Shown here one piece after another: positions 25,853-31,010 of a DNA stretch of 31,010 bases. This DNA is from Acidilobaceae archaeon (GTDB lineage: Archaea; Thermoproteota; Thermoprotei_A; Sulfolobales; Acidilobaceae). Both the position numbers and the translations under genes were made by a program. The notes beneath the pieces are model-generated. The model was not told where the DNA came from. It ran no database searches and worked only from the letters and a program-made list of their open reading frames with translations. The stretch lies in NCBI GenBank assembly GCA_038824665.1, contig JAWBBK010000004.1, positions 46,759 to 77,768 of the forward strand. Direction: 5' to 3'. The first letter of the stretch is position 1. Each line of letters opens with the position of its first letter.

Positions 25853-27379
25853 ATGAACTCTTGGAGAACTCTCTCGGTTTTCTTTTTGCTCGCGATGTTA
25901 GCTTTATCCTTAGCTCCACCTCTAGTCGCCGTAACTGAAAACCAAGCTGACGAAAGAGCTCAACTTCAGAGACTTGAAGAGAGTCTGAGAAACCTTCAGA
26001 GGGTTATGGAAAGAACTGGAACTCCAGAAGCACAAAGAGTTAGAGCAACCATAGAGAACGCCTTGGAGGCCGTAGCTAGAGTTAGAGCTAGAGGAGGAGG
26101 TTTTGAAGAGGCTTTGAGAGCGACTATTACCGAAATGAATAGAGTTAGGATGGAACTGAGAGTTCTAAAAGAACAAGAGAACGCGACAGTCGTGCCACCA
26201 GGTCTCATGATAGCCGTTGAGGTTAGACTCAAGATGATAGAAGACCTAAGAAGAGTAGTAAGCTATCTCGAAGAACGAGGTGTAGAGGTCGATCCCAAAG
26301 TAGCGAGTCTCTTAGATGAAGCTGAAAGCAGGGCTCTGAGCTTAAAGGAGAAACTTGAAGCTGGCAACATAACCGTACCGCAAGCAGCTAGAGAGATAGG
26401 AGAAATCTCAAGACTTATAGCTGAAGCTAGAGCACATCTAGCTAAAAGCAGAAACGAGTGGGCCAAACTTCAGCTCGAGAACGCAGCGTCGAGAGCTGTG
26501 GCTAAAGTTGCCGTAGTCTTCGGAGAGAGACTGATGATGCTCGAAGAACTTCCTCAAGATGAAATTCGGAAAGGACTTGCCAACCTCGAGGAAGCAGTAC
26601 TCTATAGACACATGCTTGAATTGAGGTTTAGAGTTAGATCTGAACATTGTAATATCACGGCCTTATTAAGAGAGCTTGGAGTAGAGCCGACGCCAGGATA
26701 CTTTGAAAAAACTATAGCCAAGTTAGCCACCGAGGACCCAAGGACTCTCAAAGAGGTTTTAGCCAAGCTTAAGAGCTGTCTGATCGAGATCTTGGTCGCA
26801 GTCGACGTAAAGAACGTGCCTGGTGTAAACGAAACAGAGGTAGATGCTGCCAGACGTTTGACATACAGAGTAAGAGAAGAAGTGAGGAACCAGTTCATTA
26901 ACTTACTAAAAGAGGTCGCAACTATTCCTCCAAGACCTGTGAAAGCAAATGTAAACTTTAAGATAGACCTTTCAGTAGCCTCTGGAAAGAGATGGGTCTC
27001 TCTAGAGCCAACTAATCCAACAGTCAGACTGAATCTAGAAGGTTCTTCCGGCTCGACGATACTCAAAAACATAGCTAAACTGAACGTTCAGAGACCTACT
27101 ACAATCCATGTGGTTGTGTTCACCTCTTCAGCTTCTGGAGCAGACGTCAGTATATCCCTCAAGCTAGTACTAAATAGAGTTGAAGGTGGAGACCCCATAG
27201 AGATATCGATACCCTGTGCTGCAAGTTCTGAAGGCTACAGCTGCTACAGGTTACTACTAATCATACCTGGACATGACGTGCCTGTCTTCATACCCCCTGG
27301 AGTGTACACGATCGACCTAGAGGTTGTATGGAAGACTTCTGGAGAAGCTCAAACTAGCGTCAGCCTAATGATAAGGTAA
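25853..27379 (+). CDS. Hypothetical secreted protein: alpha-helical region plus C-terminal beta-rich domain
   Basis: SD GAGGTGA and a signal peptide. About 330 aa of amphipathic helices, a Pro linker (TIPPRP), then about 140 aa of alternating beta pattern. Sequons NAT, NIT x2 and NET. Confidence 0.85.
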   Translation: MNSWRTLSVFFLLAMLALSLAPPLVAVTENQADERAQLQRLEESLRNLQRVMERTGTPEAQRVRATIENALEAVARVRARGGGFEEALRATITEMNRVRMELRVLKEQENATVVPPGLMIAVEVRLKMIEDLRRVVSYLEERGVEVDPKVASLLDEAESRALSLKEKLEAGNITVPQAAREIGEISRLIAEARAHLAKSRNEWAKLQLENAASRAVAKVAVVFGERLMMLEELPQDEIRKGLANLEEAVLYRHMLELRFRVRSEHCNITALLRELGVEPTPGYFEKTIAKLATEDPRTLKEVLAKLKSCLIEILVAVDVKNVPGVNETEVDAARRLTYRVREEVRNQFINLLKEVATIPPRPVKANVNFKIDLSVASGKRWVSLEPTNPTVRLNLEGSSGSTILKNIAKLNVQRPTTIHVVVFTSSASGADVSISLKLVLNRVEGGDPIEISIPCAASSEGYSCYRLLLIIPGHDVPVFIPPGVYTIDLEVVWKTSGEAQTSVSLMIR

Positions 27380-27387
27380 TCAGCGCC

Positions 27388-27435
27388 AGAAAACCGGTTT
27401 TCTTTTTTCTCCTTTTTCTTTTTCTTTCTTTTTTT
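27388..27435 (+). terminator. Pyrimidine/T-tract terminator preceded by a perfect palindrome
   Basis: AGAAAACCGGTTTTCT (27388-27403) followed by about 32 nt of T/C only, starting 9 nt after the stop. Confidence 0.7.
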
Positions 27436-27541
27436 ATCTATTGTGAGTCCTTAAATAGAGGAGTGCTTCTACTCTTTAAACTAGAAGCGAAGATAGAGTT
27501 GGAGCTTGAAGCGCAAGGCTGTTGTGAGGAGGTAGCTGAGG

Positions 27542-29182
27542 TTGGCTGGAATAGAGCGAGAGAAGTTCAGAGAGATGAGTGTAGCCGAGTTCTTCGCTAG
27601 ATATAGAGAAATAGCTGGCTTCTCCAATCCTAGCAGAGCTCTCTATCAAGCTCTCAGAGAACTCGTTGAAAACGCTCTAGACGCTACTGACTCTCACGGA
27701 ATCCTTCCTGAAATCAAGATCTACATAGATGTAACTGACCTAGGCGGAGACAAGTCGTTATGCAGGATCTGTGTAGAAGACAACGGAATTGGCATTCCTC
27801 CTAGCTTCCTTCCTGAAGCCTTCGGTAGAGTTTTGTTTAGTAGCAAATATACACTAAGACAGACTAGAGGTATGTACGGAATAGGAGTTAAAGCTGTAGT
27901 CCTCTATGCTCAAACAACCACAGGCACTCCTATCGAAGTGTACTCTTCTACAAGGTCTTCAAGCTATGTTTACATGAAGAAGCTCTTAATAGATATGAAG
28001 CGCAATCAGCCCGTAGTGCTTGAAGAAGGACAATGGAGAAAGCCTGCTCTCTGGAACGGTACTTACGTCATCTCGACTATAGAGTGCGATTGGCCTAGAG
28101 CTAGGTCGAGAGTTCTCGAATACGTGAAGAGAACCGCTATAATAGCTCCTTATGCTGAGATAACTGTGAAAACTCCAGAAGGCTATTACATCCACTTCCC
28201 TAGAACTACGAGAAAGCTCCCTAAGCAACCTATAGAGGTCAAGCCGCACCCACATGGGATAGACATAGAGACTCTGAAACAGATGTTACAGTCTACAACA
28301 TCTAAAACCATTCTCGAGTTCATGATTGAAGAGTTTCAAAGCGTAGGAACAGTATCTGCTGAGAAGTTTTTAAATAGCTTGGGGATAGACCCTAACACAA
28401 GCCCCAAAGACCTTCTCGAAGAGAAAACTAAAGTCAGCCTAGCCGCCTTTGTAGACGCTCTTAAGAACTTCAAGTTCAGAGCTCCTAGAAGCGACGCTCT
28501 AAGTCCGCTCGGAGAGTCTATAATAAAGATAGGGTTGAGCAGAATGTACTCACCTGAATGGGTAGAAGCTATCTCAAGACCGCCGAGAGCTTATCAGGGA
28601 CATCCGTTCATAGTTGAAGCAGGACTCGCCTATGGGGGCGCGATACCGCCAAGCGAGGTCCCTTTGTTACTTAGATACGCTAACAAAATCCCCTTAATTT
28701 ATGAAGAGCGAGAAGACGTAGCCTACAAGGTAGTGAGCGAGATAAACTGGAAGAACTACGGGATTGAGCCTCCAATACCTCTCGTAGTGTTGGTTCACAT
28801 TGCGAGCACTAAGGTTCCCTACAAAGGAGTAGGTAAAGAAAGCATAAGCGAAGTCCCTGAGATAGAGTCTGAGATAAGAAGTGCTCTGCTTGAACTCGCT
28901 AGAAGACTGAAAGCGTATCTTTCAGCTAAAGCTAAAGAAGCTGAAACCATGAAGAAAATACTGGTTCTGTCTAAATATATACCGGAGATCTCAAGAAGTC
29001 TAGCAATACTCTCAATGTCTCCTTCTTCTAACCCAAGCTACGACCAGAGTCTAGAAGAGAAGATAAGAGAGAAGATGATCAAGCTAGTAGCTAAAAACAT
29101 AACTCTGCCAAAGGCTCTCAAGAATTCTAAGAGCCCAGAAGATATAGTTAGGAACATCGTAGAGGGAGTGAAGATTGAGTGA
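27542..29182 (+). CDS. top6B: DNA topoisomerase VI subunit B
   Basis: SVAEFF...EIAGF.NP.RALY, RELVENALDA, EDNGIG, QTRGMYGIG, PHPHG, LRYANKIPL, STKVPYKG.GKE. Confidence 0.97.
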   Translation: MAGIEREKFREMSVAEFFARYREIAGFSNPSRALYQALRELVENALDATDSHGILPEIKIYIDVTDLGGDKSLCRICVEDNGIGIPPSFLPEAFGRVLFSSKYTLRQTRGMYGIGVKAVVLYAQTTTGTPIEVYSSTRSSSYVYMKKLLIDMKRNQPVVLEEGQWRKPALWNGTYVISTIECDWPRARSRVLEYVKRTAIIAPYAEITVKTPEGYYIHFPRTTRKLPKQPIEVKPHPHGIDIETLKQMLQSTTSKTILEFMIEEFQSVGTVSAEKFLNSLGIDPNTSPKDLLEEKTKVSLAAFVDALKNFKFRAPRSDALSPLGESIIKIGLSRMYSPEWVEAISRPPRAYQGHPFIVEAGLAYGGAIPPSEVPLLLRYANKIPLIYEEREDVAYKVVSEINWKNYGIEPPIPLVVLVHIASTKVPYKGVGKESISEVPEIESEIRSALLELARRLKAYLSAKAKEAETMKKILVLSKYIPEISRSLAILSMSPSSNPSYDQSLEEKIREKMIKLVAKNITLPKALKNSKSPEDIVRNIVEGVKIE

Positions 29183-30356
29183 GGAGAGCAAGTTACCTCA
29201 AGTTCTTTTAGACAAAGTAGACTTAGAAGCTAGAAGGAAAGCCGCTCTCACGCTTAGCGAGAAGTTCTCAAAGGTTCTAAAAGATATAGAAAATTTAGAA
29301 TATCCCAAACTGGTGATACCTAAGAGGACTCTCTCCAATACGGTCTTTGACCCAGAGAAAGGTATTCTTCTGCTCGGAGAGGAGTCTTTTGAGAGGAACT
29401 ACTTCGACATAGGAGAGACCAGGAAGTTCATGCAAACCCTGCTAATGGCTAGCATAATCTACAAGGCTCTCATAGAGAACGAGTATCCGACCATAAGAGA
29501 TCTTTATTATAGAGGAAAGCACACTATAGCTTATAGAGACCTCTCCGGCAAAGTGAGAGAAGAGAACACCTGGGACGAGCAAGCTGAAAGCGATGCAGTG
29601 ATAAGAGATATAGAGGTCTACACCGGTCTCCTCAGAGAACACATGCTCATCTTGAGCAAAGAAAAAGGAAAAGTGGTAGGAAACATGCGGATAAGAAGCG
29701 GTGGAGACGTGATAGACTTATCGAAGCTAGGTCATGGAGCTTACGCTATAGAGCCTACTCCTGACCTTATAGAGTTCTTAGATTACGATGCGGAGTTTGT
29801 GCTGGTAGTTGAGAAAGACGCTGTATTTCAACAGCTCCACAGAATAGGCTTTTGGAAACAGTACAAGGCGCTTCTAGTTACAAGCGCTGGTCAGCCAGAC
29901 AGAGCTACGAGAAGGTTTGTAAGAAGACTCAATGAAGAGCTCAAACTCCCGGTCTACATACTTACCGATAGCGATCCTTATGGGTGGTACATATACTCAG
30001 TCTTCAAAGTGGGAAGTATAACTTTAAGCTACGAGAGCGAGAGACTCGCCACTCCTAAAGCGAGATTTCTAGGAGTCTCTATGACGGATATCTTCGGAGA
30101 TCACAACAAGAAGCCGTATCTCACAGAGTCAGAACGTAAGAACTTTATAATAAGAGCTAAGGAGAGAGACATAAAGAGAGCTAAGGAACTTATGACTTAT
30201 CCCTGGTTCCAAACTCCGAGCTGGGGGAAAGAGATCAAAATGTTTCTCGACAAGAAGGTCAAGCTAGAGATAGAAGCTCTCACAGGCAAGGGACTGAAGT
30301 TCCTAGCTTTTCAATACATACCCGAAAAGATACAACACAAAGACTGGATAGAGTAA
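29175..30356 (+). CDS. top6A: DNA topoisomerase VI subunit A
   Basis: TIRDLYY (catalytic Tyr), DEQAESD, VEKDAVF, GQPDRATRRF, DSDPYG, KLEIEAL. Confidence 0.97.
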   Translation: MSEESKLPQVLLDKVDLEARRKAALTLSEKFSKVLKDIENLEYPKLVIPKRTLSNTVFDPEKGILLLGEESFERNYFDIGETRKFMQTLLMASIIYKALIENEYPTIRDLYYRGKHTIAYRDLSGKVREENTWDEQAESDAVIRDIEVYTGLLREHMLILSKEKGKVVGNMRIRSGGDVIDLSKLGHGAYAIEPTPDLIEFLDYDAEFVLVVEKDAVFQQLHRIGFWKQYKALLVTSAGQPDRATRRFVRRLNEELKLPVYILTDSDPYGWYIYSVFKVGSITLSYESERLATPKARFLGVSMTDIFGDHNKKPYLTESERKNFIIRAKERDIKRAKELMTYPWFQTPSWGKEIKMFLDKKVKLEIEALTGKGLKFLAFQYIPEKIQHKDWIE

Positions 30357-30398
30357 AAGAGCCAGATATATAGCCTGAGAGAGCTTCGTTTCAAAAGC

Positions 30399-30452
30399 GG
30401 ATGGAGAACTCTGCCGCTACTGAGTAGTGATGTAACGAACTCCAGACTGACA
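30399..30452 (+). ncRNA. Probable box C/D guide sRNA
   Basis: C-like ATGGAGA (30401), 12-nt guide, D' CTGA (30420), C' GTGATGT (30427), 13-nt guide, D CTGA (30447). TATA-like ATATATAG at about 30366. Confidence 0.65.
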
Positions 30453-30465
30453 TAGGGGTTATTAC

Positions 30466-31010
30466 TTGGAAGGTCTGAAAGAAGGGGTCTATTACGAGCT
30501 CCTCTGCAGACTCTGCGAAGCTGGAGTGATAACTCCATTAGGGCTAAGGCTCTCGGGAGGCTCCGCTTACTTCAGAGTCTTCTCCGATAGGCTTAGAGAA
30601 GCTATGAAAAGAACCAGGAAGCTGGTATGCTTAGCTCCTTCGGACCCTCTTCTCTTCTACGAGGTCGTGATCGAAAAGAAAGAACCTTTTTCCTGTGAAA
30701 AAGAGTTCGACCTGACTAAGGGACATTGGCTTATATGTGAATCCGAGGTTGTTATAGAAGCTGAGTTCTTCGACCTCTATAAGTGTAAGAGCTTCAACGC
30801 CGTCTGGGGCTTTTTAGAACCCTATAGCAGAGCTTATGGATGTCTTGTAGAACTCTTAATTCTCTTCACAAAAGCCAAAGCTTCGGTCTTAGAAAAGGAG
30901 GCTATAGAGTACGCCAAGTGGTTGAACTGGTGCGTGGAGAGGTCGAGTTCGGTGGAGAGTCATGTGCATGCCGCTAGACGTCTTCTCGAGCTCATTGAAA
31001 AAGCTCTTGG
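30466..31010 (+). CDS. DUF447-like protein (no stop in the window)
   Basis: Open frame from TTG 30466: MEGLKEGVYYELLC...TPLGL...DPLLFY...EPYSRAYGCLVELLILFTK...WCVERS. Family assignment is from remembered motifs. Confidence 0.65.
   Translation, partial: MEGLKEGVYYELLCRLCEAGVITPLGLRLSGGSAYFRVFSDRLREAMKRTRKLVCLAPSDPLLFYEVVIEKKEPFSCEKEFDLTKGHWLICESEVVIEAEFFDLYKCKSFNAVWGFLEPYSRAYGCLVELLILFTKAKASVLEKEAIEYAKWLNWCVERSSSVESHVHAARRLLELIEKAL

Overview
A gene-dense chromosomal window from a hyperthermophilic crenarchaeon, probably Desulfurococcales/Acidilobales-like (inferred from topo VI, A-type ATPase, GC-rich tRNAs with encoded CCA, TATA promoters and frequent TTG starts). Housekeeping and metal-metabolism genes: phoU (partial), pstB, a CBS protein, pyrH, atpD/atpB, a divergent ModABC-like transporter opposite tfx, a rubrerythrin-VIT1 fusion, a DUF996 protein, a radical SAM enzyme, thrC, an ArsB/NhaD-type permease, a split Fe-S hydro-lyase with malic enzyme, thiL, sufBC, top6B/top6A and a partial DUF447-like gene. 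There are three intronless tRNAs: Gly-CCC, Val-GAC and Ser-GCT. Items the ORF track does not show: (1) a decayed HTH-integrase pseudogene with a recombinase-like inverted repeat downstream of tRNA-Ser, flanked by possible cargo (a frameshifted membrane gene, a stalked membrane-anchored S8 protease and a Zn-ribbon protein); (2) a matching motif downstream of tRNA-Gly; (3) a probable C/D-box sRNA after top6A; (4) two apparent CTG start codons; (5) a 54-aa gene; (6) candidate operators, including 10-bp-phased repeats before an uncharacterised secreted protein. No CRISPR array, rRNA or intact mobile element was seen. All calls are by eye, and no database searches were run.
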